IMG/VR virus record: IMGVR_UViG_3300010965_000002
Coordinates: 112,944 to 176,943 of that record
Length of the DNA: 64,000 nucleotides
Source: a virus
Direction: 5' to 3' (one strand)
A model generated the notes under the pieces. It searched no databases. It was given only the letters and a program-made list of their open reading frames with translations, and was not told the DNA's origin. This document shows, one piece after another, positions 1-9,361 of this stretch. The stretch's first letter is position 1. Every line of letters starts with the position of its first letter. Position numbers and translations under genes: made by a program.

Positions 1-1
1 T

Positions 2-514
2 CAAACTCTGTTGCACACAGACTATCACCCACATACCGAAGCGTTCAAAGCCGCGTGTATGGAATTGCATCGTCACTTGGGTTTGTTTACTGATGACCAG
101 ATCGTAAGGTTTACCGTAACCAAACTTCGTCCTGGCCACGTTGCCGCAGAACACAGTGATTTCTACGTTCAGAAAGGCGCGCCTAACAACTTAGCGATCA
201 TCAATAACCAGCACAAGATTCATGTGCCTTTGATTACCAACCCTTTGGCACATTCGTTGCATCGGCGCACACAGTTGCTACCACACACTGCGTATCATAT
301 GCCTACGGGCTATGCTTATGCGTACAACGATGTAGCCTGGCACAAGATCGTCAACGCTGGTGCTGAAAACCGCTATCACTTGATTGTGTTTTATAAGGAC
401 CCCACGCAAACGGTTAAACGTCGAATAATGGATGCCTTGTCGATTGATTATCACAACTTCTACGAAGACCTCAGTTACAAGTACCCATTTGAACATCATG
501 TAGTGCGGGATTAA
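2..514 (+). CDS. Asp/Asn beta-hydroxylase-like Fe(II)/2OG oxygenase (5' truncated by window edge)
   Basis: Frame open from base 2; HxD (AEHSD), HKIHVPLITNP and distal WHKIVNAGAENRYHLIV motifs typical of AspH-family cupins. Confidence 0.7.
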   Translation, partial: QTLLHTDYHPHTEAFKAACMELHRHLGLFTDDQIVRFTVTKLRPGHVAAEHSDFYVQKGAPNNLAIINNQHKIHVPLITNPLAHSLHRRTQLLPHTAYHMPTGYAYAYNDVAWHKIVNAGAENRYHLIVFYKDPTQTVKRRIMDALSIDYHNFYEDLSYKYPFEHHVVRD

Positions 515-571
515 GCAGATGGGGTCAGCGAATTTTTGCTTAACGGTGGACTTGTTATAAAAGGACTCTCA

Positions 572-1423
572 ATGGTTAGCTTCGGACAAAGAGCCTTACA
601 CTCGTGGGTCGATGTTGTAAATAAACGTACTGGTGGTAGACAACCAAAACTTGCGACGCCTAATGAGACAGTAGCGGGCATAGTTGCTCACCAAAGCGTG
701 CGCAGGTTTGAAAAGCGCACGGTTAGCAGGGAACTGCTTGAGCTACTGGTGTTGGCTGCACAGTCTGCTCCTACGAGTGCTAACCTACAGTGTTGGAGTG
801 TTGTGGTTGTGACCGACCCTAAGCTCAAAGCTAAATTTCTGGTAGCAGGCAACAACAACACGACCATAGAGCAAGCGCCTTGTTATATGGTCTGGTTAGC
901 AGACTTGACCCACGTAGCCACCATTTTAGGTGATGACGTAGAGGGCTTAGATCATTTAGAAACGTTCTTGGTGAGCAGCATAGACGCGGCCCTAGCGGCC
1001 CAGTCGTTTTCCATAGCGGCACAGTCTATGGGCTTAGGCACCGTGTTTCATGGTTCTATACGGTACAAACCTGAAATTGCTATAGAAGCCTTGTCCTTGC
1101 CTAAGCACACGTTTCCAGTATTCGCTATGGCAGTAGGTTGGCCTAGTAAAGAGCTTGTGGTGCATTGGAATCACCCGGATGAAATAAAACCGCGTATGCC
1201 TCAGCATATGGTTCTGCACTATAACAAGTATGAGCCTAGAAAGTTGAGTCAGTTGTTAGATTATGACAAGGTAGTTGACGACTTCCACAGGGACAATGTA
1301 ATCTCGCCTGAAATCTATCCAGCATTAAAGCCGTGGAGGTCCAGTGCCGTAGAACGTTTCACTTTGATGTTGAACAGAAAACTTGAGGCTATGATTAAGA
1401 CCATGGGCTTTGGAACACTTTGA
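572..1423 (+). CDS. NfsA/FRP-type nitroreductase (flavin reductase)
   Basis: HQSVRRF...AAQSAPTSANLQCWSVVVV, SIDAALAAQ, GLGTVFHGSIR; start moved to ATG 572 behind AAGGA. Confidence 0.85.
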   Translation: MVSFGQRALHSWVDVVNKRTGGRQPKLATPNETVAGIVAHQSVRRFEKRTVSRELLELLVLAAQSAPTSANLQCWSVVVVTDPKLKAKFLVAGNNNTTIEQAPCYMVWLADLTHVATILGDDVEGLDHLETFLVSSIDAALAAQSFSIAAQSMGLGTVFHGSIRYKPEIAIEALSLPKHTFPVFAMAVGWPSKELVVHWNHPDEIKPRMPQHMVLHYNKYEPRKLSQLLDYDKVVDDFHRDNVISPEIYPALKPWRSSAVERFTLMLNRKLEAMIKTMGFGTL

Positions 1424-1433
1424 AAGCGCAAGC

Positions 1434-1856
1434 ATGAAAATACAAAATGAGTTACTTGAAGGCAGCGCCGCTTTACCCGCTTTCTTGCGTGCGTATGCCG
1501 AACTACTCGACCTCGGTTGGGGGCGACCATTCACAGTCCACAATGAAAAACACAAGGTGTGTTACGCCAAAAGCGACAGTGGCAACGTTATGGGCGGTAT
1601 TGTCTACGGAATGAATCCACTGACCAAGCTAGGCTGGATAGTGTTTTCCTTCACCGTACCTGAGTTTCGACGGCAAGGCGTTTATACAAGACTCCATAGA
1701 GAAGTCGAGTTGTTGATGACCCGTGGAGGTATGACAGACTTGGCTTCACATGTCCATGTAGACAATGAGGCTCAGATTAAAAGCTGCGAACGTGTAGGTA
1801 AGAAGCCTGAGTATTACCGTATGCACAAGAGTCTGAGGCAAACCGACGAAGCCTAA
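1434..1856 (+). CDS. GNAT family N-acetyltransferase
   Basis: Acetyl-CoA motif TVPEFRRQGVY; paralog of 5809-6219. Confidence 0.75.
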   Translation: MKIQNELLEGSAALPAFLRAYAELLDLGWGRPFTVHNEKHKVCYAKSDSGNVMGGIVYGMNPLTKLGWIVFSFTVPEFRRQGVYTRLHREVELLMTRGGMTDLASHVHVDNEAQIKSCERVGKKPEYYRMHKSLRQTDEA

Positions 1857-1881
1857 CCAATTTTGATTACTAACGAGGTAT

Positions 1882-2703
1882 ATGATGGACATCAATGAAT
1901 TCAAAGACCGTTATGAACGGGACGGGGCCGTTTGGCCCATTAGCATTTTCTCTGCCGAAGAAATTGCTGGATACAAGCTCAAGCTCGATCAGGCGGTGGC
2001 CGACCTCGATTTGATGAACAGCGACTACCGTTGCAAGTCTCAGGTGTTGTTTCCGTGGGTGGCAGAGATTGCCAAGTCACCTAAGCTGACGCCATATCTG
2101 ACGGCCTTGCTCGGTGACAGCTACCATTGCTGGGATACGTTGTTCTGGATTAAGCAACCGGGCGATAACAAGCGCGTGAGCTTTCACCAAGACGGTACGT
2201 ACTGGAACTTTGAACCTGAAAAAGGTCTGACCGTGTGGCTTTCGTTTGACGGTTCAACCGCAGACAAGGGTGCTATTCAGTACGTCACTCAGCCTTACGT
2301 AAAGACCATTCGCAAGCATACTGACCGCAAAAGCAATGACAACCTGTTGATGCGTGGTCAGACACTCGACCGCAATCAGGAAGAAGTTGAGCACACCTGT
2401 ATTGCCGAAGTGCCTGCTGGAAGCATCGCCATGCACAGTCCTTTCATCATGCACGGCTCTGTGCCAAACATGACAGATAACACACGGGCTGCGTGTGGCT
2501 TCTTGTTTGTCAAAGGTGATGCCAAGCCGCGTGAAGCGTATTCACCTGAGTCTACGCTGTGGATACACGGTGATGTACCTCCACATTTCATGCTGGACCC
2601 AGCACCAACTGGCGATTGGGAACTCGACAAGAGTGCGTGGCAAGCGGCCTATGATCGACAACACGCAAACTACTACAAAATGAGGGAAGTAAATGCTGAA
2701 TAA
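1882..2703 (+). CDS. PhyH-family Fe(II)/2OG dioxygenase
   Basis: FHQDGTYW (HxD), LTVWLSFD, MHSPFIMHGSVPN, RAAC. Confidence 0.85.
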   Translation: MMDINEFKDRYERDGAVWPISIFSAEEIAGYKLKLDQAVADLDLMNSDYRCKSQVLFPWVAEIAKSPKLTPYLTALLGDSYHCWDTLFWIKQPGDNKRVSFHQDGTYWNFEPEKGLTVWLSFDGSTADKGAIQYVTQPYVKTIRKHTDRKSNDNLLMRGQTLDRNQEEVEHTCIAEVPAGSIAMHSPFIMHGSVPNMTDNTRAACGFLFVKGDAKPREAYSPESTLWIHGDVPPHFMLDPAPTGDWELDKSAWQAAYDRQHANYYKMREVNAE

Positions 2704-3238
2704 ACTACACGCCTTCGTCTTTGGCGACTGGCGCGATAAGTCCACAGCGGTTGCAGGTACATTCGATGCTCCAGGTGTGTACGTGATGGCTGCCCGAGCA
2801 CATGGCTTAAAAGGCTTGCTTGGTGGTCGTCACAGCTACATCGTTCACGTAAGCGGTGGGGGTGAACACACGGTGTTTGAAATAACCGACCGTGAGACAT
2901 TGGGTTATCAAGGCGCTACAGAGTTCAAGAGCTACAAAACCAATCCAGGGTTCGACGAACCTGTGCTGTACCGTGTGCTGCGTAATGGCTATCAGGAATG
3001 GTTCGGTGCGCAGCCTTATGTTGTGTACCACACGCAAGTATGGCCTGAGCTTGTAGACTTGGACGCGCTGTTTGAACTGTACCCGCACAAGAACGATCAG
3101 TTCAAGTTGTTCTACCTGAATTGCAACACGTTTGTTTCTTGGGGTGTCTATCTGGCACGCATGATGGGGATTGACGCTTGCTTCCCTAAGACGTTTGGCA
3201 CCAAGTCCGATGCTTATTGGGAGAAGTTCTATGTATGA
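2693..3238 (+). CDS. DUF3750-like protein (permuted papain-like fold)
   Basis: VYVMAARAHG..GRHSYIV and NCNTFVSW resemble DUF3750/PPPDE His...Cys arrangement. Confidence 0.5.
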   Translation: MLNKLHAFVFGDWRDKSTAVAGTFDAPGVYVMAARAHGLKGLLGGRHSYIVHVSGGGEHTVFEITDRETLGYQGATEFKSYKTNPGFDEPVLYRVLRNGYQEWFGAQPYVVYHTQVWPELVDLDALFELYPHKNDQFKLFYLNCNTFVSWGVYLARMMGIDACFPKTFGTKSDAYWEKFYV

Positions 3239-3629
3239 GTTTTCAATGACGTTCACCCGTAAAGATACGGCGGTGGAGTGGCCTATGACTATTGAGGACG
3301 ATAATATCACGCAATTGTACGCTAGCCGACAGCGTGCCTTGCTGAGTTCTGTTGGCGTGGTGGGTGTGTTCACCAGTTTCACACCTGATGGTATGACAGC
3401 CAGAACGGTGACGGTATGGGAATCGACGGTAGCTTCGTCTCAGTTTCAATATGCAGACAGAGAGGCGTTTATAGCTGCAATCAGTAAATACTGCAAGGAC
3501 AATGACGTTAGCTTGGTAACGAATGCCGACTTTGTTCCTGACACAGAAGCCCTCAAGATCAAGAAATTGGCTAACCGCTTGTCGCCAAGTGCAGCAGGTT
3601 TGGAACTGGCAAAGGTACTAGAACAATGA
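3231..3629 (+). CDS. hypothetical protein in tailoring cluster
   Basis: ATG 3231 behind GGGAGA; coupled to both neighbours. Confidence 0.6.
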   Translation: MYEFSMTFTRKDTAVEWPMTIEDDNITQLYASRQRALLSSVGVVGVFTSFTPDGMTARTVTVWESTVASSQFQYADREAFIAAISKYCKDNDVSLVTNADFVPDTEALKIKKLANRLSPSAAGLELAKVLEQ

Positions 3630-4861
3630 ACACGCTAGCGCATCGCATAAAAGAGTTGCTACCTCAAGGGTTTGCAACAATGTCAACCATTGATGCTGTG
3701 TCTGCGTCTAATGCCTTCATCTATGACAGTGAAGGCCGTCGGTACATCGACTTTGCAAGCTCCTCTTCGGCTATGAATCTGGGTCACCGTCATCCAGAAG
3801 TTGTCGAGGCCATGCAAGACCAGTTGGACAAATTTGTTCACACCTTCTTTCAGCAAGTGCCGTACAGCAGCTATCTGGATTTGGTTGAGGTGCTGCATCG
3901 TATTACACCTGGCGAGTTCCGCAAGAAGACAGTGCTGAATTCCACAGGCTGTGAAGCCGTTGAAACGGCTGTGCGTATTGCCAAGGCACATACCAAACGG
4001 CAGACCGTGTTGTGCTTCACAGGTTCGTTTCACGGTCGTAGCTTGCTAGGTTCTGCGCTGTCAAACAATGCAGGTACAGCCCTACACGATCTGAACAACA
4101 TCGTGTGCGCCCCATTCGTGTCAATGGATGACGAGCCTTTCGATGCAATCGCGTATGCAAAGCAGTTGGCGAACCTAGTGCCGCTGGACAAGATAGCTGC
4201 GATCATCATTGAACCCGTGCAAGGCGAATCTGGTTTCAACGTGGTGCAGAAACCCTTCTTGGATTGGCTGCGTTGCCTTGCCACAAACAACGGTACAGTC
4301 CTAATCGTTGATGAAGTGCAATCAGGATTGGCGCGTACAGGTACCATGTTTGCCTTAGATCAGTATTACGTGGAGCCTGACATCATCTTGGTGTCGAAGA
4401 CATTGGGTGGCGGCTTGCCGTTGTCAGCCGTTGTAGGCCGCGCAGAAATTATGGATGCGCCCACTACGTTTGGCGGTACATTCAGCGGTACACCTTTGGC
4501 AGTTGCGGCGGCATTACGCGTTATTGAGGTCATCGAGACTCAGCAAGTGTGCCGTACCTCACAGACGTTGGGTGTACTGTGCATGAGCAGACTGCAGGAC
4601 TTCGCCAAGTACCCTTTCGTCAAAAAGATGCGCGGCTTAGGCTCAATGCTGTCGTTGGAAATCGACGTGGAGAATTATCCTCAGTTGACGACCACCATAC
4701 AACGTCGGGCACGCGACAACGGCTTGCTGTTGCTGAGTGCAGGTATCAACAAGTCGCGCATTCGGTTCCTGTATCCGCTGACGATTGAAAAATCGGTGCT
4801 AGACGAAGGACTGACCATACTCGACAACGTATTCAAGGAACTTGCGAATGAACTACGGTAA
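3626..4861 (+). CDS. class III PLP aminotransferase, GabT (4-aminobutyrate aminotransferase)-like
   Basis: YIDFAS, LGHRHP, GCEAVETAV, FHGRS, IIEPVQGESG, DEVQSGLARTG, catalytic Lys in SKTLGGGLPLS. Confidence 0.9.
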   Translation: MNTLAHRIKELLPQGFATMSTIDAVSASNAFIYDSEGRRYIDFASSSSAMNLGHRHPEVVEAMQDQLDKFVHTFFQQVPYSSYLDLVEVLHRITPGEFRKKTVLNSTGCEAVETAVRIAKAHTKRQTVLCFTGSFHGRSLLGSALSNNAGTALHDLNNIVCAPFVSMDDEPFDAIAYAKQLANLVPLDKIAAIIIEPVQGESGFNVVQKPFLDWLRCLATNNGTVLIVDEVQSGLARTGTMFALDQYYVEPDIILVSKTLGGGLPLSAVVGRAEIMDAPTTFGGTFSGTPLAVAAALRVIEVIETQQVCRTSQTLGVLCMSRLQDFAKYPFVKKMRGLGSMLSLEIDVENYPQLTTTIQRRARDNGLLLLSAGINKSRIRFLYPLTIEKSVLDEGLTILDNVFKELANELR

Positions 4862-5858
4862 GTATAGCCTTGACGACCACTACCGTTGGGGCTTTGGTGA
4901 TTCTTGGTTCAACATGCCAGAGAATCCACGGGATTGCTTTCGAGTGTCTCTGGGTTCGTGCAAACGTGGACCTCTGTCGCTGCGTGAAGAATGCGTTATT
5001 GCTGCAAAGCAGTTGTCTGAAACGATTACCAAGCCTCTGTTGGTGGGACTATCCGGTGGCTTTGACAGTCAGGTGGTGTGTCTCTCTTTCATGGCGGCTG
5101 GCGTACCGTTCACACCTGTGGTGCTGCGCTTAACCAGCGATAGCGGGGCGTTTTACAACCAGACTGACTACGCTAACGCCATGAAGTTCTGTAGCCTCAA
5201 AGGCATTGTGCCTTTGGTGGAGACACTGAACCTGGACGAGTTCTATCGTGGTGAAGGTCTGCGGCTCATTCAGGACAACTGCATCACGGTGGCTGAGATA
5301 GCTGTGCAACTGCACTTGGTAATCAAGTACAAGGACACTCATGCGTATGTCAACGGAGGCGGTGACCCTACGCTCTCGTTCATGAATGGCAAGCTGGTGT
5401 ACTCGCTTATGCCTACTCCGATTCAACAGTACATGATTAACAACGGCATCGAAGGATGTCTCAAGTTTTTCATGTATTCGCCTGAACAGATAGCGGCGTA
5501 TCTGCAACATCCTGTGATGCAGATGTACAACGCGGGCTGCGAGACACTACACGACGGCTACAAAGGTCCAAACATCTTTACGTTCGTGGTCAAGCCCATG
5601 ATGTACTTGAACCAGTGGCCGGAGTTGGTGCAGCGAAAGAAACAGACAGGCTTTGAGCAAGTTCCCTACTTTGCAAAAATGCGGGAGCTTACATTTAGCT
5701 TGAACGAGCACATAAATCCAAGGGCGAAGAAGATCACTTGGACCTATGAGCAATTAGTTGACCACCTAATGAATGGTCAAGGCGCGATTAAAACATGGAG
5801 AAGTGTTGATGAACACGATACATCTGGACCCTACCCTAGCGTATTCACAAGCGTTTAA
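4848..5858 (+). CDS. stand-alone PP-loop (asparagine synthase C-terminal-like) ATP pyrophosphatase
   Basis: LLVGLSGGFDS PP-loop, VNGGGD; no glutaminase domain; ATG 4848 behind AAGGA. Confidence 0.65.
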   Translation: MNYGKYSLDDHYRWGFGDSWFNMPENPRDCFRVSLGSCKRGPLSLREECVIAAKQLSETITKPLLVGLSGGFDSQVVCLSFMAAGVPFTPVVLRLTSDSGAFYNQTDYANAMKFCSLKGIVPLVETLNLDEFYRGEGLRLIQDNCITVAEIAVQLHLVIKYKDTHAYVNGGGDPTLSFMNGKLVYSLMPTPIQQYMINNGIEGCLKFFMYSPEQIAAYLQHPVMQMYNAGCETLHDGYKGPNIFTFVVKPMMYLNQWPELVQRKKQTGFEQVPYFAKMRELTFSLNEHINPRAKKITWTYEQLVDHLMNGQGAIKTWRSVDEHDTSGPYPSVFTSV

Positions 5859-6219
5859 CTTTGTGATGCGTGAGTGGGTCAGAATGCTTGAAGCAGGTAC
5901 CGCGAGCCAAGAACTTTGCTTTAGCAATGCAACCTCAGTGGTGTATGCTAAAGATGACCAAGACAAGGTTGTTGGTGCCATCCTGTTTTCAGTGGATGAC
6001 ACGAAACGTCAAGGCTGGATTTATCTGGCTATGGTTGACGCTGACAGACGCAAGCAGCATCTGTATCAGGACATGTATGCGTTGGTTGAACAGGAATGCA
6101 AACGCAGAGGTGCCGTTACCCTGTCGTCGAATGTGCATGTGTCCAACACACCAATGCTTAACGCGTTGAAGAAGAATGGGCGTGAAGCTCAGTGGTTGAA
6201 GACGACCAAAGCCCTGTGA
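5809..6219 (+). CDS. GNAT family N-acetyltransferase
   Basis: MVDADRRKQHLY; LSSNVHVSN matches LASHVHVDN of 1434-1856; GGAG RBS. Confidence 0.75.
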   Translation: MNTIHLDPTLAYSQAFNFVMREWVRMLEAGTASQELCFSNATSVVYAKDDQDKVVGAILFSVDDTKRQGWIYLAMVDADRRKQHLYQDMYALVEQECKRRGAVTLSSNVHVSNTPMLNALKKNGREAQWLKTTKAL

Positions 6220-6227
6220 CACAAAAT

Positions 6228-6267
6228 AAAAAGCCCCAGCAGATTCTTAGTCTGTCTGGGGCTTTTT
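6228..6267. terminator. bidirectional intrinsic terminator
   Basis: AAAAAGCCCCAG...CTGGGGCTTTTT stem between convergent gene blocks. Confidence 0.85.
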
Positions 6268-6366
6268 GCGTTCACAGGCTTGTGACTTTGAACAGTGCAA
6301 AGGCAACGGCTATGGGAGCGTTGACCAGTAGTGCGAGTGTCCAAAAGATCAAAGGGATTTCAATCA

Positions 6367-6855
6367 TCAGTAACCTGTGCAAAATTGGAAGTGCATCGGG
6401 TCGCAGTTTGCACCACTCCAATCACCACCCCATTTCCAACCGAACTCACGGAACACCGCAACAACGGCCATAGGCATATCACCACGCGAACCCATCTGGT
6501 TTGTGGCAGTGTTCAAATCAATGGCAATACCCCACGAGTGGGTGCTGTATTTGGCTACTCCACGCTTGGCGCGGTAAGCATACGCACCTCCATAAGTCTT
6601 GATTTGAGGGGCCAAACCACGGTCATTGAGGGCCTTAAACGTCGCTTGTAGCACCTCAACTAACGCCTTATTTACGCGCATGGACGATACACGTACTTTA
6701 GGGTCCCAAGCCAGTGGAATGCTAAAGGGTATAGGAACAGCCACCATTCGCTCGGTTTCCCACCGTGGGTCTACCGTGCCGTCTGGACGGACATAGTCCT
6801 TGAGAGAACCAAACGTTGCGTTGATGGCATTAAGCCCATTGGGTGCGGTTAACAT
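6367..6855 (-). CDS. M15-family peptidase endolysin
   Basis: YRAKRG...STHSWGIAIDLN...WGGDW..DPMHFQ zinc-peptidase motifs; ATG 6855 behind AAGGAC. Confidence 0.85.
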   Translation of the reverse strand: MLTAPNGLNAINATFGSLKDYVRPDGTVDPRWETERMVAVPIPFSIPLAWDPKVRVSSMRVNKALVEVLQATFKALNDRGLAPQIKTYGGAYAYRAKRGVAKYSTHSWGIAIDLNTATNQMGSRGDMPMAVVAVFREFGWKWGGDWSGANCDPMHFQFCTGY

Positions 6856-7396
6856 GTGGGAGTCCTTGTTGATTGTGAAGCTGTTGCATGTTCCGCTGCC
6901 AACAGGCAAACCGTTGTGGAATGCGATCAGGCCAACCGATGAACTCAGTTGTTGCGGAGGCGAAGTTTGTACGCGCTAAGTCTGCACAACGACGACCTTG
7001 GCGTTTATTCCAAAGCCATATCCAACTGCGGTAGCTAAGACCCATTTCAAGCAAATGGTCAGGCTCTGAGATACAGTCCACACCACTCCAACAGGAGAAC
7101 TGGTGATACACTGCACGACCTACAAGCCGGCCCCAGCCACGCTGACGATAGAGTTCTTGATCGTCTGGATGGGTGTTGCCGAATATAGGACTATCGTACA
7201 AGCGTTGGTGCGGTATGTGCTCAGGACTCCAAGGCTCAGCAATGAATGCCAGCGCATCAGAATCAACAACAAGTTGGGCTGCGAAGAAAGCTACGTGGTG
7301 TGGAAGAAAGTTCTCCTCCACGATTGTCTGATCTATTAGACGCGCAGTACGGGAGTCACTGCGTTCAAATAGTTGACCAAGAACTCTGGGTAACAT
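6830..7396 (-). CDS. divergent GH19 (chitinase/lysozyme-like) protein
   Basis: VAFFAAQLVVDS, YRQRGWGRLVG, WIWLW align loosely to GH19 AAFLAQxxHES, YRGRGLIQLTG, AWFW. Confidence 0.55.
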   Translation of the reverse strand: MLPRVLGQLFERSDSRTARLIDQTIVEENFLPHHVAFFAAQLVVDSDALAFIAEPWSPEHIPHQRLYDSPIFGNTHPDDQELYRQRGWGRLVGRAVYHQFSCWSGVDCISEPDHLLEMGLSYRSWIWLWNKRQGRRCADLARTNFASATTEFIGWPDRIPQRFACWQRNMQQLHNQQGLPHVNRTQWA

Positions 7397-7399
7397 ACG

Positions 7400-7855
7400 T
7401 CACAACGCCTTGTCTCGGTGGCGCAATACTTCTGCTGTCCACGCGTTAAGGAATTTGTCGTCTGCTACTGTAACCCACTGCTCTCGCAGTTTATTGAGCG
7501 TCACTACATGAGGTACGTTCAAGCTGGTGTCAAACTGGCGGGCTGTCAAATCAATTGTCCAGCGGCCAATGCCTACAACGTAGTGACTCCACTTGTCACG
7601 TCGTTTCTCAGCCCACTTTGGATGCGGATTTGGATACGCTGGCGCAGGACAGTTCTGGATGTGAACCAATCGTGCTTTGAACCCACGTTGTCGCAAGAAA
7701 AGTACAAGCTCATACGAGGCAAACTTGCATTTGTTGTACGCGCCCCGTTGTGTTTGCAGCTTTGGAAAAGATCGGGCAAACTCACGAATGAGTGAAGCCA
7801 GATGCTTGCCTTTGCTTGGATGCGGTTGCGGTTTGTTTGTGTCTAGGACTTTCAT
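7400..7855 (-). CDS. transglutaminase/papain-like putative Cys enzyme
   Basis: Candidate triad NKCKFAS ... SHYVV ... IDLTARQF. Confidence 0.45.
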   Translation of the reverse strand: MKVLDTNKPQPHPSKGKHLASLIREFARSFPKLQTQRGAYNKCKFASYELVLFLRQRGFKARLVHIQNCPAPAYPNPHPKWAEKRRDKWSHYVVGIGRWTIDLTARQFDTSLNVPHVVTLNKLREQWVTVADDKFLNAWTAEVLRHRDKAL

Positions 7856-8127
7856 GCCTTGCTTTCTGTTTTTGGTACTGCGTCACCACAGCGTATCTTC
7901 CCATGGAATAACGGTGGTGGCAGCACACGATGTTTTGGACTACGAGGCACGTAGCTAAAGATACGTCCGTCTTCGATATACAGGAAGTGTGGAAACATAC
8001 CCCAGTAGCTTTTGCGCATGGCAACATATCCGTGCTTGCCAGCCCTACGTCTACCGATGTATGTCCCAACCGCCCAGAACAAGCAGTTGCTCAGTTTCAT
8101 TATTGGTAAGCTCTCAACTAGGTCCAA
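7852..8127 (-). CDS. hypothetical protein
   Basis: Tightly packed ORF in minus-strand operon. Confidence 0.6.
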   Translation of the reverse strand: MDLVESLPIMKLSNCLFWAVGTYIGRRRAGKHGYVAMRKSYWGMFPHFLYIEDGRIFSYVPRSPKHRVLPPPLFHGKIRCGDAVPKTESKA

Positions 8128-8315
8128 CGCTGGTCAGGACATTTAGCCCGCTCACGTTGAACCAGTATTTCAATAAAGCAGTTGTTTAGACTGCACAAGC
8201 TACTTACCTTATAGGTACATTCGACGCAGACGGAACTGCGTTGACAGGCTGTTTCCCTATCAACGTTGCCGCCAGGTAATTGCACCAGTGCGTATGCTGC
8301 TCTGAGCAGGGACAT
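8118..8315 (-). CDS. small hypothetical protein (Cys-rich)
   Basis: Fills operon gap; several Cys residues. Confidence 0.45.
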   Translation of the reverse strand: MSLLRAAYALVQLPGGNVDRETACQRSSVCVECTYKVSSLCSLNNCFIEILVQRERAKCPDQRWT

Positions 8316-8318
8316 TAC

Positions 8319-8795
8319 TCAGACTGAGATTGGCAACAGAAAGGGACTTAGTTCCAGTACACCTGGAACAATGCGAGAGGCTGCGCGGTTCAACATTGTT
8401 GTTTTACCCGCAAGTGCTGTTGCAGCAACCAACTCAGAGCAGAACCAGCTATCGTCCTGCTGCCAGTTACGGTTAGGTGCTAAGAAGCCGAACACACCGC
8501 TCCAATCATAAGGCTTGCCAAGCTGCTGCTGTGCAAACGCAAACGCTGCACCTTCATCCCAAATGTGCAGATCGTAAATCTTGTACTCGGCAATGTTAGA
8601 CTGAGAGAGCCTTGCGCTAAGAGTGGTTTGCTGTACGCCACCTCGCCAAGTCTCACCAGCATGAAAGCCTACCGCACCGATCAAAATGTTGTTGTCGAAT
8701 ACCATGTCAACATGGTTCCACTTGCTAAGGGTTGCCGTTCGTATGGCTAACCCGACAGCAGTGTTGCTACGACTGAAAACAAGTTTCATTATCAA
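8319..8795 (-). CDS. YiiX/YaeF-like permuted papain amidase (C92)
   Basis: NHVDMV...LGKPYDW...WFCSELVA. Confidence 0.8.
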   Translation of the reverse strand: MIMKLVFSRSNTAVGLAIRTATLSKWNHVDMVFDNNILIGAVGFHAGETWRGGVQQTTLSARLSQSNIAEYKIYDLHIWDEGAAFAFAQQQLGKPYDWSGVFGFLAPNRNWQQDDSWFCSELVAATALAGKTTMLNRAASRIVPGVLELSPFLLPISV

Positions 8796-9340
8796 GCACC
8801 TGGTTTTCGTAACGCTTCTAAAGAGGCTACGGCTGTGTTGTAGATAGTCACGATAGGTTCAATGGCTGTGGCAGCACCAATACCAGTGGTAGCTGTCAGC
8901 CTCACCTTGCGAACCAGTGTCAGAATCATCTTTAACTGGACGGCAGCGGCCAATATGCTATTGGCGACTAAGGTGTAGTCCGTTGTACCCAAGATTTGAC
9001 CGTAATCGGAGATTGTGGTCGGCACTGGGGCTTGGAAGCCTCGTGCTTTGTAGTCGAGTGCTTCGACCTCAGCTAATCTGTATTCTTCAACGACGAAAAG
9101 ACCGTCGCTGAGATACGAGTTGCGCACGTCACCACTGAGGTTGTTAACACGACTGATGATGTCCTGTTTGATAAGTTTTAGCACGCCTGCCGCTATGTCT
9201 GTTGCAGAAGGGCGCGCACCTTTTGAATCGTTCCAAGCAAGAACAGTACCATCTACATCAAGGATAAAGTCTTTGCCGCTAGTAGCCTTGAACTGACGCT
9301 CAATGAACGTCGTTGCATAGGCAGGAATGTTAAAGTCCAT
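8792..9340 (-). CDS. probable tail-fibre assembly/accessory protein
   Basis: Directly downstream of fibre genes; helical EYRLAEVEA segment typical of such chaperones. Confidence 0.45.
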   Translation of the reverse strand: MDFNIPAYATTFIERQFKATSGKDFILDVDGTVLAWNDSKGARPSATDIAAGVLKLIKQDIISRVNNLSGDVRNSYLSDGLFVVEEYRLAEVEALDYKARGFQAPVPTTISDYGQILGTTDYTLVANSILAAAVQLKMILTLVRKVRLTATTGIGAATAIEPIVTIYNTAVASLEALRKPGA

Positions 9341-9361
9341 AGGTTCCCCCGAGAATGTATT

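Noticed and set aside
1434-6219. Ectoine/hydroxyectoine pathway (aminotransferase + GNAT + PhyH dioxygenase)
   Set aside because: The aminotransferase matches GabT motifs (FVHTFFQQVPY, PGEFRKKT) rather than EctB; no EctC; the GNATs lack EctA features
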